Below are positions 25,917 to 39,487 of a stretch of 64,000 bases of DNA, piece after piece. Position 1 is the stretch's first letter. Every line of letters begins with the position of its first letter. The position numbers were made by a program, and so were the translations under genes. The stretch is from Octopus sinensis (taxonomy: Eukaryota): NCBI RefSeq assembly GCF_006345805.1, contig NC_042998.1, forward strand, positions 159,588,001 to 159,652,000, given 5' to 3'. The notes below the pieces were generated by a model. It saw only the letters and a list, made by a program, of their open reading frames with translations, ran no database searches and had not been told where the DNA came from.

Positions 25917-28900
25917 CTAGTCTTGCCGGGTCTTCTCATGCACAGCATACTTCCATAGGTCTCGGTCTCTAGACATTTCCTTAGTGAGACCTAAAGTTCG
26001 AAGGTCGTGCTTCACCACCTCGTCCCAGGTTTCCTGGGTCTACCTCTTCCACAGGTTCCCTCCACTGCTAGGGTGTAGCACTTTTGCACACAACTATCTT
26101 CAGCCTTTCTTGTCACATGACCATACCAGCGCAGCCGTCTCTCTTGCACGCCACAACTGACGCTTCTTAGGTTCAGCTTTTCTCTCAAGGAACTTACACT
26201 CTGACGATTATGAACACTGACATTACACATCCATCGGAGCATACTGGCTTCATTTCTTGCGAGCTTACGCATATCCTCAGCAGTCACGGCCCATGTTTCA
26301 CTACCATGTAGCATGGCTGTACGTACACATGCATCATACAGTCTGCCTTTTACTCTGAGCGAGAGGCCTTTTGTCACCAGCAGGGGTAAGAGCTCTCTAA
26401 ACTTTGCCCAGGCTATTCTTACTCTAGCAGTTACACTTTCAGCACACCCACCCCGCTACTGACTTGGTCTCCTAGGTAGCGGAAGCTATCAACTACTTCT
26501 AGTTTGTCTCCCTGGAACGTGGCAAAAGTTGGTCTCTGCATATTTCCAGTGTTTATTGCTCCTGAGCATTTGCCACAGACAAAAACTATTTTCCTAGTTA
26601 GCCTTCCTTTGACATTGCTGCACCTCTTATGTGTCCATAGCTTACACTTGGTGCATCTTATAGAGTTTCTACCTACACCTTTTTTACAGATCGAGCAGGG
26701 CCATCTACCTGAAGGCGTTTGTGATTGATCTACCTTCCTACTTATTAGAACTTTGGTTTTGGCTAGGTTGATTCTAAGGCCCTTCGATTCTAATCCTTGT
26801 TTCCACACCTGGAACTTCTCCTCCAGTTCTGATAGTGACTCAGCAATTAGAGCAAGGTCATCAGCATAGAGGAGCTCCCAGGGGCAACCTGTCTTGAATT
26901 CCTCCGTTATTGCCTGGAGGACTATGATAAATAGGAGGGGACTGAGGACTGAACCTTGGTGGACCCCAACCTCTACCCGGAATTCTTCACTGTACTCGTT
27001 GCCCACCCTCACCTTACTAGCAGCGTCTCTGTACATGGCTTGCACAGCTCTCACCAACCATTCTTCTATCCCTAGTTTCCTCATTGACCACCAGATAAGG
27101 GACGGGGGACCCTGTCAAAGGCTTTCTCCAAGTCAACAAAAGCCAGGTACAAGGGCTTATCTTTGGCTAGGTATTTCTCCTGCAGCTGTCTTACCAGGAA
27201 TATAGCATCAGTAGTACTTTTCCCTGGCACGAACCCAAACTGCATATCATCTAAGGTAACTCTCTCTCTAATTAGTTGGGCTACAACCCTCTCCGTAACC
27301 TTCAAACCCTCTCCGTAACCTTCATTACCTGATCCAGCAGCTTGATGCCCCTGTAGTTATTTGTCTCTAGGGCGTCGCCTTTACCTTTGTAGCAGTTGAC
27401 TATTATGCTGCTACACCAGTCATTGGGTATGACCCCCTCGTGTATCACCTGGTTAACTATACGGGTGACTAAGCTATAGCCGACACCACCAGATATTTTG
27501 AGCATCTCTGCAGTAATTCCTGATGGGCCTGGGGCTTTCCCTGTTTTCATGCTTCTAATTGCCTTATCTACTAAGGAACTGTTAACTCGGATTGCTGGTC
27601 CCTCTGTTGGGTCGACATTCGGCAGACTCTCTTTACCATTCATTTTCTTCATTCAGCAACCTATCATAGTGGCGTCTCCAAGTCTCTCTCTTTGCACCCT
27701 CATTAAGTGCAAGTGAACCGTCCTCCTTGCGAACACATTTCTCTCCTACCACGTCACGATTCTCTCTCACACACTGTCTTGCAACACGAAATACCTCAAG
27801 TCTTTCATCCTCACGACGCAGGACATTGGCAAATTTTCCTTCTCTGCTTCCCCTCTGGCTAGATAGACCTGTCTCCTGGCTTCCCTTCTGGCAGACTGAT
27901 ACACTTCCCTGCTACCACCGTTCTTCCAGGCCTTCCAAGCCTGTTTCTTTTGTCTAATAGCCCTGTCAACAATATTGTTCCACCACCACGTTATTTTGGG
28001 TCTTAAGGGGACTTTGCACCAGCCACAGATCTGGTCAGCGGCTTTCAGCAGGTTGTCCCTCAGAAGCGTCCAGTTGTCTTCTACCCCATGCGTAGCTATA
28101 CTCCCTTCCATTTCGTCTAAAGCTTCAAATAACATATCTCTAAATCTCTGTCCATTCGCAGGGTCTTTAAGCTTCCAGACCTTCTTCTCCATGTTGGTCG
28201 TCTTCTAGTCGCCCTCTTAGTCCTGATCCTAAAGTCACTAACTACCAGTCTATGTTGTGGGGTGCATTCTTCACTTGGGAAGGTTTTGGCATTTATAAGC
28301 AGCCATCTTTCCCTTTTCTGGCAAGGATGTAGTCGATTTGGCTAGTATGCCGGCCCGATCGGTAGGTGACCAGGTGGCTTGTCGGTTTCCTGAAGTTAGT
28401 GTTGCAAATCATAAGACTATTCGCATCGCAGAACTCCAGCAGCCTGGTTCCCTCCTCGTTGCGGGAACCATAACCGTAGCCTCCATGCACGCCATGGAAG
28501 CCCCCAGCACGTCGTCCAACATGCCCATTGAAGTCACCAGCCACAAGAGAAGGTCTCCTGTCGTTCGTCAATGATGTGGTCTGCAGTAGGGTGTCATAGA
28601 AACAGTCTTTCTGTCCATCAGGTAGCCCTGGCTGAGGGGCATAGGCCGATATAATAGTTGCTAAACTATGGTGGAGCACTAATCTAATCTTAATTATTCT
28701 GTCACTTACTCTGACTACCTCGATTACCTTATCTACCCATTTTTCGGCGATAAGCATGCCCACACCCCCGACTCCGTCAGTATTCCCAGCCCAGAAAATC
28801 TTGTACCTCTGTCCTTTGCCTGTGAGGAACCTAGCAGAACCTCCTCTCCACCTCACTTCTTGAATGCAGCATATATCAACCCACCTCCGTTCAAGCAATT

Positions 28901-29108
28901 CAACTATCTCGCCAGATCTGCCTTTCAGTGTGCCGACGTTGAGGGTGCCAACCCTGAGGCTGTGGGGGGGGGTGGAAGTGGTATTGGTCCTAATAGCGTC
29001 ATGTACCTGAAAAGAAAACTCGCGTTTGGTAGTATTCATAGACAAACAATGGAACTTAAGTTCAAACCTCGTATACAACACTAAACATATCTTGCAATGA
29101 CTGAACAC
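25917..29108 (-). pseudogene. RTE ORF2: APE endonuclease - RT - PHD-like finger - thumb, with about 7 frame breaks
   Basis: APE motifs LNVGTL, IQEVRW, AYAP, GDFNGH, IDYIL, QHRLV; RT motifs YRGIKLL, QFGF..GKSTTDAIF, FVDLEKAFD, QGSVLSPLLF, YADD; C-terminus RWYGHV and GRGRPRK..TWDEVVK; stop at 25917-19. Confidence 0.95.
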
Positions 29109-29241
29109 TACCTTTTATGGAAGGGGGGGGGGTGGCGTAAGACTTTGAGTGTATAAGGGAGACAAGGATGAGAAAAATTTAGGACTTCCTGTACCGGTGG
29201 TGGGGGGGGTGTGGGAGGGCGGGTGCACCGCGAAAACCGGG

Positions 29242-30847
29242 CGGCAGCCATTTCTTCCTTCCTTGGGAGAGAAATAGTTATTAGTAGCTATAAATAAATA
29301 CCTAAATTTTGCCTAACCTATGGGAGAAGCGTGGACGATAAGGAGCTATAAATTATAAATACATTTATTCTATATCTACGAGGCGTGAGACTGATCGATA
29401 AAATAAAATAAAATTAGGGGCAAGCTTTAAGATTAAATATATATTAACACAAGACATGAGACAACGATATATAATTAAGATGAACTATAGAATTATATGT
29501 ACATATAAAAAAAAAGACACAAGGCGTGAGGCTAAATTTCACAAGTCATAACAATAATACTAATAGAGATAAAACAGGGCTAACTAAAAGATCAGATCAG
29601 TTGCAGATAGTTAAGTAGGTACACGGGTTGAAATTAAATATAGATTGCTTAGCTTGGATTCATATTTCGTATTTCGTATTTTCGTAGGGAGTCGGATACC
29701 AGTCTGAATTCAAGTGAGGCCGTTGAAATCAGTCGCTGGTTTATATGCATATAGGGTGGCGGAGAAAGGGGGCGAATGGCGATCGAAGAGATATAAGACA
29801 ATTGAAGAGGAACGGGGGGGTCGTGGCCCACCAAGAATCGGCCGGCAGCCATTTCTTCCTCCTTGGGAGAGAAATAGTTATTAGTAGCTATAAATAAATA
29901 CCTAAATTTTGCCTAACCTATGGGAGAAGCGTGGACGATAAGGAGCTATAAATTATAAATACATTTATTCTATATCTACGAGGCGTGAGACTGATCGATA
30001 AAATAAAAAAAATTAGGGGCAAGCTTTAGAATTAAATATATATTTAACACAAGACATGAGACAACGATATATAATTAAGATGAACTATAGAATTATATGT
30101 ACATATAAAAAAAAAAGACACAAGGCGTGAGGCTAAATTTCACAAGTCATAACAATAATACTAATAGAGATAAAACAGGGCTAACTAAAAGATCAGATCA
30201 GTTGCAGATAGTTAAGTAGGTACACGGGGTGTTGAAATTAAATATAGATTGCTTAGCTGGATTCATATTTCGTATTTCGTATTTTCGTAGGGAGTCGGAT
30301 ACCAGTCTGAATTCAAGTGAGGCCGTTGAAATCAGTCGCTGGTTTTATGCATATAGGGTGGGAGGCGGAGAAAGGGGGCGAATGGCGATCGAAGAGATAT
30401 AAGACAATTGAAGAGGAACGGGGGGGTCGTGGCCCACCAAGAATCGGCCGGCAGCCATTTCTTCCTTCCTTGGGAGAGAAATAGTTATTAGTAGCTATAA
30501 ATAAATACCTAAATTTTGCCTAACCTATGGGAGAAGCGTGGACGATAAGGAGCTATAAATTATAAATACATTTATTCTATATCTACGAGGCGTGAGACTG
30601 ATCGATAAAATAAAATAAAATTAGGGGCAAGCTTTAAGATTAAATATATATTTAACACAAGACATGAGACAACGATATATAATTAAGATGAACTATAGAA
30701 TTATATGTACATATAAAAAAAGACACAAGGCGTGAGGCTAAATTTCACAAGTCATAACAATAATACTAATAGAGATAAAACAGGGCTAACTAAAAGATCA
30801 GATCAGTTGCAGATAGTTAAGTAGGTACACGGTTGAAATTAAATATA
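29242..30847 (-). repeat. Tandem array of a ~600-bp unit (about 2.7 copies) at the LINE 5' end
   Basis: cggcagccatttcttcc recurs at 29242, 29843 and 30449 (periods 601 and 606); units are near-identical. Confidence 0.95.
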
Positions 30848-30895
30848 TATACGTATATACGTATATACATATATATTATATATATAATATTATAT

Positions 30896-30939
<44 letters not shown>

Positions 30940-30946
30940 ATATATT

Positions 30947-31173
30947 ATGTGTGTGTGTATGTTTGTGTGTCTGTGTTTGTCCCCCCAACATCGCTTGACA
31001 ACTGATGCTGGTGTGTTTACGTCCCCATAACTTAGTGGTTCAGCAAAAGAGACCGATAGAATAAGTACTAGGCTTACAAAGAATAAGTCCTGAGATCGAT
31101 TTGCTCAACTAAAAGGCAGTGCTCCAGCATGGCCACAGTCACATGACTGAAACAAGTGAAAGAGTAAAAGAGT
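30947..31173 (+). mobile_element. SINE family A, 3' half only
   Basis: Tail after a long TA/TG microsatellite; no head. Confidence 0.85.
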
Positions 31174-31174
31174 A

Positions 31175-31530
31175 TCGTATGATGAGGAAAACCCTCTTTT
31201 AGGTGACTAAAACATGGATTTTTAACTGGCACTCTATCAGTTACAATGATGGGGGTTCCAGTTGATCCCGTCAATGGGACAGCCTGCTTATGAAATTAAT
31301 GTGCAAGTGGCTGAGGACTCCACAAACATGTATACCCTTAACATAGTTGTCAGAGAGATTCAGCATGACATAGAATGTGACAAGACTGACCCTTTGAATT
31401 ACAGGTACAACTCATTTTTACCAACTGAGTGGACTGGAACAACATGAAATAAAGTCTCTTACTCAAAGACACAATGCACTACCACAACCTTATGATTGTG
31501 AGCTGATTATCCTAACCACTAAGCCACACT
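31175..31530 (-). mobile_element. SINE family C
   Basis: Reverse complement of the 55318..55640 type (gagtggactggaacaacatgaaataaagtctcttactcaaagacacaatgc). Confidence 0.65.
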
Positions 31531-31589
31531 TTTTAAGGAGACAAAAGAATTGATCTTTACTGCACAAGAACAAGCTTTATGAATGAATT

Positions 31590-32190
31590 CAATCAAAAGC
31601 AGCAGTTTCACATTTGTGTAGAATGTGGCGAAAATCATCTGAGATAGTTAAACATACAATTAATGGATACTCAAAACCGGCCCAAAAGGAGTACAAAATA
31701 TGCCATGACAAAATGACATTGCGAATACACTGTGAGTTGTGTAAGAAGTATAGGATAGAATGTCCCAATAGGTGGCATGAGCATCAGCATGCCAGCAGTA
31801 GAGAATGGGGAGGTGAAACTCACGTGGGATATACTAATCAACATAGATAAGAAACTGCTACATTATCGACAAGCCTAAAGAATGGACTTTCATCAATTTA
31901 GCTATACCTGCAAAACAAAATGTTGTGAAAGCAGAGAACAAGAAAGTCAAAAAGTTCCAAGACATAGCATTGGAAGTGAAATGCATCCACAGAGCCTCAA
32001 AAGTGAGGGTGATACCTATCATGATTGGTGCACTTGGAACCATATCAAAGAAAGCAATATTTTGGCATGTAAAGCTGAAAATACCAAACTTCATAGGAAT
32101 TACACTGTTGGCAGCAATCCTCAGAACAGCACATGTCCTTAGGAAAATGTTGCATCTCTAAGCTGTAGAAAGAAGTTGAGGCATGACATA
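31590..32190 (+). mobile_element. R4/Dong-like non-LTR retrotransposon C-terminal fragment (CCHC knuckle + RHD + REL)
   Basis: CRMW...EIVKHTING...AQKEYKICHDKMTLRIHCELCKKY and KAENKKVKKFQDIALEV...VIPIMIGALGTI; degenerate. Confidence 0.85.
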
Positions 32191-32292
32191 GATAACCCAA
32201 GTAAAGAAAGAATAAAGGTGGTGGTGGTGGTGGTGGTAGTAGTAGTAGTAGCAGCAGCAGCAGCAGCAGTAGTAGTAGTTGTAGTAGTTCCT

Positions 32293-32720
32293 GATTTAGA
32301 CACAAGGCCAGATTTGGAGGGTTGTGGGAATAGTCAATATCATTGACTCCAGTATTTGACTAGCACTTTATTTGATCTCAGATGGATGAAAGGCAAAGTT
32401 GCTCTCTGCAAGATTTGAACTCAGAATGTAAAGAGCCAAAGCAAATACTGCAAGGTATTTTTTTTCCTGATGCTCTAACAATTCTACCAGCTCACAACTC
32501 TGTATATAATTACTGATTTAAGGCCAGCAATTTGAAGCGGGGGAATTTATTATTTAAATAATCCCTAGCATTTGACTTCTACTTTATTTTATTGACCCCT
32601 GAGTAATGAAAGGCAAAGATGACCTCACTGGGATTTGAACTCACAACATAAAGATTCAGGAGAAATACTATGAAGCATTTTTTCTGATGTTCCAATGGTT
32701 CTACTAATCAAACACTCTTA
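32293..32720 (-). mobile_element. Two tandem SINE family B copies
   Basis: gatgaaaggcaaag...atttgaactca occurs twice, about 230 bp apart. Confidence 0.65.
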
Positions 32721-32807
32721 ATAACTTGTAATTTAGGCTGAGCATGAACAGAAAATAGACTCTATCAACTGCCAGGGGGGGCAAGTTAGATGTATTAGAT
32801 AGCATCC

Positions 32808-33803
32808 ATTATCTAGTTGACCAAGTTAGTAGGGGAGGTGGATGTTCCATGAGCATAACTGTGAGAATAAGATTAAGATGGGCAAAGTTCAAAGAGCTCC
32901 TACCCCTGCTGACAACAAAGGGCCTCTCTTTCAGAATGAAAGGCAGATTGTTTGATGCCTGTGTGCGATCAGCTATGCTGCATAGCAGTGAAACATGGGC
33001 TGTGACAGCCGAGGAGATGCACAGGCTTGAAAGAAATGAAGCCAGTATGCTTTGCTGGATATGTAATATTATTATGCATGTTCGACAGAGTGTAAGCATC
33101 TTGAGAGAAACGTTAGGCATAAGAGGAATCAGATGTGGTGTGCAAGAGAGATGACTGTGGTATGGTCATGTGTTGGTCATGTGTTGCATATGGATGAGGA
33201 CAGCTGTGTAAAGAAGTGCTCATCTCTAACAGTGGAGGGAAACCTGTGGTAGAGGTACACCCAGGAAGACGTGAAACAAGGTGGTAAAGCATGATCTTCG
33301 AACTCTGAGCCTCACAGAGGCTATGACTAGTGATTGAGACCTTTGGCGATGTGCTGTGCTTGAGAGGACCCATCAAGCAGAGTGCACCCATGTTGGTGGT
33401 ATGTAAAGAGCACCATTCAAGCATTGGGGTTCACAGAGGCAAAGTAGTTGAGTTCCTTTCAAGTGTTAGGCCTCATGAAGGCAATGACTGAGACATTTTG
33501 CATTAGGTCATGCTTGAGAAGATCCATCAAGCTGAGCAAAATCGCAGTCATGGCAGGTACCAGTGTCATGCAAATTGGCATGTAAAAGCACCCCAGTATC
33601 ACACAAATGGCACCTATGTTGATGGCATGTAAAAGTAACCATTACTGTCTCAAAGTAGTTGGCATTAGGAAGGGCATCCAGCTGTAGAAAACCATGTTAA
33701 ATCAGACTGGAATTGGGTGCAGCCTTCCAGCATGCCAGCCTGGTCAAACCATCCAACCCATACCAGCATGGACAATGGACGCTAAATGATGATGATGATG
33801 ATG
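32808..33803 (+). mobile_element. RTE LINE 3' fragment (thumb + 3' UTR + (GAT)n tail)
   Basis: ORF 32849..33154 WAKFKELLPLL..GLSFRMKGRLFDACVRS..; tail aaatgatgatgatgatgatg. Confidence 0.9.
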
Positions 33804-34670
33804 CAATAGTAATTAGTAATTAGAGACTGACAGAATAAGAACAGGCTTTAAAAAGAAAAAGTACTAGGGTTGATTCATTCAACTAAAAATTCTTCAAGGT
33901 AGTGCCCCAGCGTGGCCACAGTCTAATGACTAAAACAAGTAAAAATGAAAAAAAAAGTTCATCTGCACCACACTCTTCAATATCCTACCCTTTTTTTAAA
34001 AAGGTTGAGTATGATCTGAGGGCTATTTGGCTGTTATTGCTTAAGGTTACCTTATTGACTAGTTTTGTTTTGCTGCTTATAAAATCAAAAGATCAACACT
34101 ATTATATCAAATGAAATAGAAATTTGGAATGGAAAATTCACTAGACAATTCCCATGTGTAAAACTTTGGCAAATATATTATCACCAGGATCAAACAATTA
34201 TTTATGCCATTAAAATTCTGTCATAATCTTAAATAACGATCTTAGAAAAAGGCCCGTTGAAATCAATAAAGAGTATTTATGTGGGTAAATTAACCAAAGG
34301 AAAATAAAGCAACAACAAAATTCTTAAACCAGAAAATATTTTTTGTTTAGCTGAAGCTGACTGAGTACAAAGTATTTTCTTTCCTTTTGTTTCTTTTTTC
34401 TTTTTTCTTTTATTTTTCTAAGTTCCTTGCAGTATTTTCTTGAAAAGCTAATAATAAAATGTTTTATCTTAAACTAAACCGTCAATTGAAAAGAGTTATT
34501 TTTTGTTACTTTTCATTTTTGTCTACTGTTTATTTTTAACATCTTCAATTCCAAATAAACTGCATTTTGGAGAAATTTTTAATCTGTTAATTAATATTTG
34601 CACAATGTCAGTTTTTTCCATCACTACTACAATGGCATCTGTTTTTCTAAACTAACTGTTTTCATACACT

Positions 34671-34708
<38 letters not shown>

Positions 34709-35802
34709 CTATCTATCTATCTCCATCCATCTAAACTCACTCATCTTTTATCTCTTTCTTTATCAGCTCTGTGTTCTACCTGTTACACACCATACTGAAC
34801 TCTTCTCTCAATATTTCTTTCTCAGGACTGCAGCCTTCTGGAATTCTCCCAGAGTCCATAATTTTCCTGCGTTGACCTACAAATATTCAAATTGAATAAC
34901 AACTGCATTTATCTAGCCAGTCTGGACAGGCCTGGATTGAGTGTGGCTTTCTTGACTGATTTATTAGAACCAATATTGGTGAGTGCCATAATAGCAAGTA
35001 CTGTAGAAATAAGAAATAACTAAGTTCTTAGTGAACTCAAACTGCAATGATTTCAATGTGTTTAGAAACATATATAAATGTCACATCTTCCTACTTTTCC
35101 TCCTTTAAAATAAACCGTGTACTCAGTAGAACAATACATAAGTCAGCCAAATGACTAATTTATTTAATAAGAGTCATATAAAAAAATCTTTAGGACAGAG
35201 AGACAACAGGGTAACACTGTTAGTAGGAGAGGTTGGGAAGAAGAAAGGGGAGAGTAAAGTGTAGTGTTGGGAAGAAACAGAGGATGCTAAGAAGCTAAGG
35301 GAAGTTAGTATGGGTATGAGTTAATCTTTATATCCCTTTAGCTAACTGTTTAGTTATATCCAGCCCAAATATTCTATCTATTTTATGTTCAAACTGACCA
35401 GATCCAACCTCTCACACCTACCTTACAATGATGACATTGTAGGGTAGGTGTAAAATATACAAACACACCAATGAAATCTTGAAACTACAAGATAATGAGT
35501 GATTAATTCAAAACAATGTGAATAGATAAGCAATATAAGTTCCAAGTAAATTTACAGCTTTCTTTTGGAATCAATAAAATAAAAGCCAGTGAAATATTTG
35601 TTTAAACCAACCAACCATCAGGAACGTCCTAGTGAAGACCAGTTCCTCATAGTCTTCAACTGCTTGCTGGAATGGCATAGTCTAGAATAATGACAAAATA
35701 TGAAAGGTGCCAATGCTTCGCCTTGTGGGATGCCATTCCACAGCTCCAAATTGGCTCTGATCAAACAAACCAATAATCGACAGCATAAAAACAATGGTCA
35801 TC

Positions 35803-36000
<198 letters not shown>

Positions 36001-38204
36001 TGCAGTACTCCTGGACTACATTATATAATACATGTTTTTAAAACTAGTGAAGTGTGAAATCTAGCTGCTATTTCTACCAGGTGGAGCAATCACAGAGGCT
36101 CCAAGTAATTTACAGTATAGTATATACAAAATATACCATGTATTTGTGCTTGAAATGTATTTGGAAACTGCTCTAAGCTGAAATACTTTTTGACTCTGAG
36201 TACAGCTTAAAAGAAGACACTTGAAAATAAAATTAAATTATACATTGAACTAAATATATTATATTTACCTTATTTTTGTGGATACGAACTTTTCCTTGTA
36301 AATGAAGTATCATATATCCATATATTTTATGACAGCCTGACAGCTATAAACATGATTGTATTCAGAGAAGATATAAAATATATTATCCATTTATTTCAAT
36401 ATGCCACTTGAATTTTACTTTCGAGTATCTCTTCATATTAGCTGTACTTATATATCATTATAGTATTGCTCTAAACTTTATTTTTATCACTTTTATTGAT
36501 ATCTTTGCAAACTGCAAAGTAATCCTAAGAAAGATACAAAATCTGCTTAAAATACAACTTAAACACAGAGGAATAAATGTGAGTTAAGTGGAGGTTGGAG
36601 TAAATTAGAATGATTAGAGGTATTCTGCTCAGAAAGGATATGATGTGATTGGCAAAGGAAAATTATTTAAGTTCATAGCACCATTACAAATCTGCCACAT
36701 CATCTGAAAAGCCAGAGTGATGGTGTGAGGTGTGGTGATGATGATAATTATGATGATGATAACAATGATGACGATGACAACAACAGCAATGATGATGACA
36801 ATGATGATGATTGTAAGAATAATTTGAAACATTCACCTACACTGTGGTAAAGCCATATTAGCTATTAAAAATACCCATAAACTATCACATTTTATTATTA
36901 TATTATGATATCATTAGGTATCAAAGTCCTTTCATCATATTTCTATGACTTGATCACTGATTCTCTATATTTCACAATATTCAGTTCAAAGAAGATTATC
37001 AATGACCAGATTATAAATGTGGATGATTTTAATAACAAGTATGACTCTACCGCAATTCAATTGTTTTAGTTCCAACACATGATATCTCATCCAACTTCTT
37101 AATAAATAAGTACTAATCAGGAAATTAAAACATGTAAATCTTCAGTTTTCTCATTTATTGTATTCTGTGAATGGCTGTATTTGAGAACATACAAGATGAT
37201 TAAAATTTAAGATTCTAACTATGAATTAAAAAAAAAGAGGAAAAAAAAAGAAAAACTAATAGAAACATTTGTAATTTCTCTCTTATGATTGGTGTGAATT
37301 TATTCTCAATTCTGTTTTATATAGCAATTTTATGATATGCAAATTATTTCCAAAACTTTTCCTTTGAATGCAAATCCATTTCATTTATCTCTTTTTATTC
37401 TTTGAATTAGAACTTTGATGTTATATTGGATTGATAAAATGTTGCCATCTTGATCCTTGGCACCAAAAGCAGCCACTCTACTAATTTGTTCCATTCTATA
37501 AACTACACTGTTTTCCCAAGTGTTACAAATAAAACTCTGCATGCTATAGAATTCCCTTGTGGGGAAAAAAATTATAAAATCCGATTCATACATGAACAAA
37601 GTCTCATCTCCACTGAACATACTTAATTGATCTGCTAAATTAATCTCCTACTTTCTTTGTATTTGGCAAATAAGGCAAATAAGTGATTATCATTGCTCTT
37701 TGGCAAATTTCAGTTAAGCTGGTCAATATTCTACTGGGTGGTGAGAGAGAATGGTTTTACTGGAGCAAAACAAAACTGGAGAGGGAGAATTTGAGAAGGA
37801 AGAGTTCCATCAAGAATTGAATGTTTGAGGAGATAATTTATACTTTATTCTTACATCTTAAGTTTTGTAGTGGAGTTGATTTTTCAAGTTTATTATAGAC
37901 ATTTATCAATAACTTGATATAATCTCTGTTGTAATGATTGAATTTTTGATTAATTTACCAAGGAAGCCCTCCCAGACAGCTGCAATCGATGTTGTTAATA
38001 TTCAACATTGAATTTCATGTACAGACATGTAAGGAAAATAGACAGGATAAAAATTCCAGAAAGCAGAGATTCTGAGACAAAGTGATTAAATGAAATGTTT
38101 AGTTGGAGTTCTGAAGGATAAGGTAGCACAGACATGTGAGAGAAGGGACAAGTGTGACGAATACCCCAAAGTACCCTAGAAGGCAATATTCAGCTTTAAG
38201 GTAC

Positions 38205-38405
38205 TGAAATGGCAGAACCATTAGCACACCAAACAAAATGCTTGGTAATATTTCTTCTGGCTTTACATTCTGAGTTCAAATTCTGCTGAGGTTGACTTTG
38301 TCTTTTATCCTTTCAGGGTTGATAAAATAAAGTACCAATCAAGTAGTGGAGTCAGTGTAATAAACATACCACCCCACCTTAAATTTACTGACCTTGTGGC
38401 AAAGT
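38205..38405 (+). mobile_element. SINE family B
   Basis: atggcagaaccattagcacacc...ctgagttcaaattctgctgaggttgactttg. Confidence 0.75.
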
Positions 38406-38419
38406 TAGAAAGCTGTAGT

Positions 38420-38475
38420 GGCCGTAGTGGTGGTGGTGGTGGTGGTGGTGGTGGCGGAAGTATTATTATTATTAT

Positions 38476-38547
<72 letters not shown>

Positions 38548-38548
38548 C

Positions 38549-38588
<40 letters not shown>

Positions 38589-38590
38589 AG
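38420..38590. repeat. Compound trinucleotide microsatellite GGT/ATT/AGT/AGC
   Basis: Visible runs. Confidence 0.95.
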
Positions 38591-39084
38591 TACAGGCATG
38601 AGTTAGTGGTTGTAGTGTGTTGATGAGCAGATCAGTACCACTCAGTTAAATGATATTCCTACAGAAAGCTGTTCTAGTATATTTGACTATGCTTAGTAGC
38701 AGTCTTGTAAATATGTGATCAATACTTTAATATGGGTTACTAATAGGCATCATTATGAAGTACCATCAATTTATTAGCGATTAAATATTTTCTAACTCTT
38801 AGGAGGAAACCTGGAGTAAGTTTTATAATATTTTAGGCATGGGATGGCCATGTGAGACCATTTATGGTTGTGACACTAAGTAATGGTAGCAAGTTCAAGA
38901 ACATTTTTCATCGTGTGTAGGAGGTGGGAATGTAGAGCAAGACTGTTTTTAGTATGCATAATAATAGTTTCTTGGTGTTTTCAAAGGAAAATAGGTGGCT
39001 GCAGCTCCTTTGGATGATATTATTGATGCCCCTGTATACAGAAGTACACTTCTCCAAGTTCTAAGCTAACATGTCACAGCATTA

Positions 39085-39487
39085 TTCTTTTACTCTATTA
39101 CTTGTTTCAGTCATGTGACTGCAACCATGCTGGAACACCACCTTTTAGTCAAACAAATCAACCCCAGGACTTATTTTTTAAAGCTTGGTACTTATTCTAT
39201 CAGTGTCTTTTGTTAAGCTGCTAAGTTATGTGGACATAAACATACCCACACTAGTTGTCAAGTTGTGATGGGGGTGGCGGGGGCAAACACACACACACAC
39301 ACACACATAGATATATATACATATATATACAATGGGTTTCTTTCAGTTTCCATCTATCAAATCCACTCACAAGGCTTTGGTTGGCCGGAGTCTATAATAG
39401 AAGACACTTGCCCAAGCTGCCATGCAGTGGGACTGAACCCGGAGCTATGTGTTTGGGAAGCAAGCTTCTTGCCACATAGCCATACCT
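39085..39487 (-). mobile_element. SINE family A
   Basis: Tail, (CA)n and head. Confidence 0.85.

Larger units (their letters stand above)
24231..29251 (-). mobile_element. Near full-length RTE-clade LINE
   Basis: APE + RT coding fragments at 25917..29108, a ~1.7-kb 3' UTR, and a (GAT)n tail (CAT on +) abutting (TA)n. Confidence 0.95.

Noticed and set aside
37380-38190. Possible very old LINE RT remnant or host exon
   Set aside because: Only a faint QGSP-like resemblance near 37960; no consistent reading frame or splice structure.
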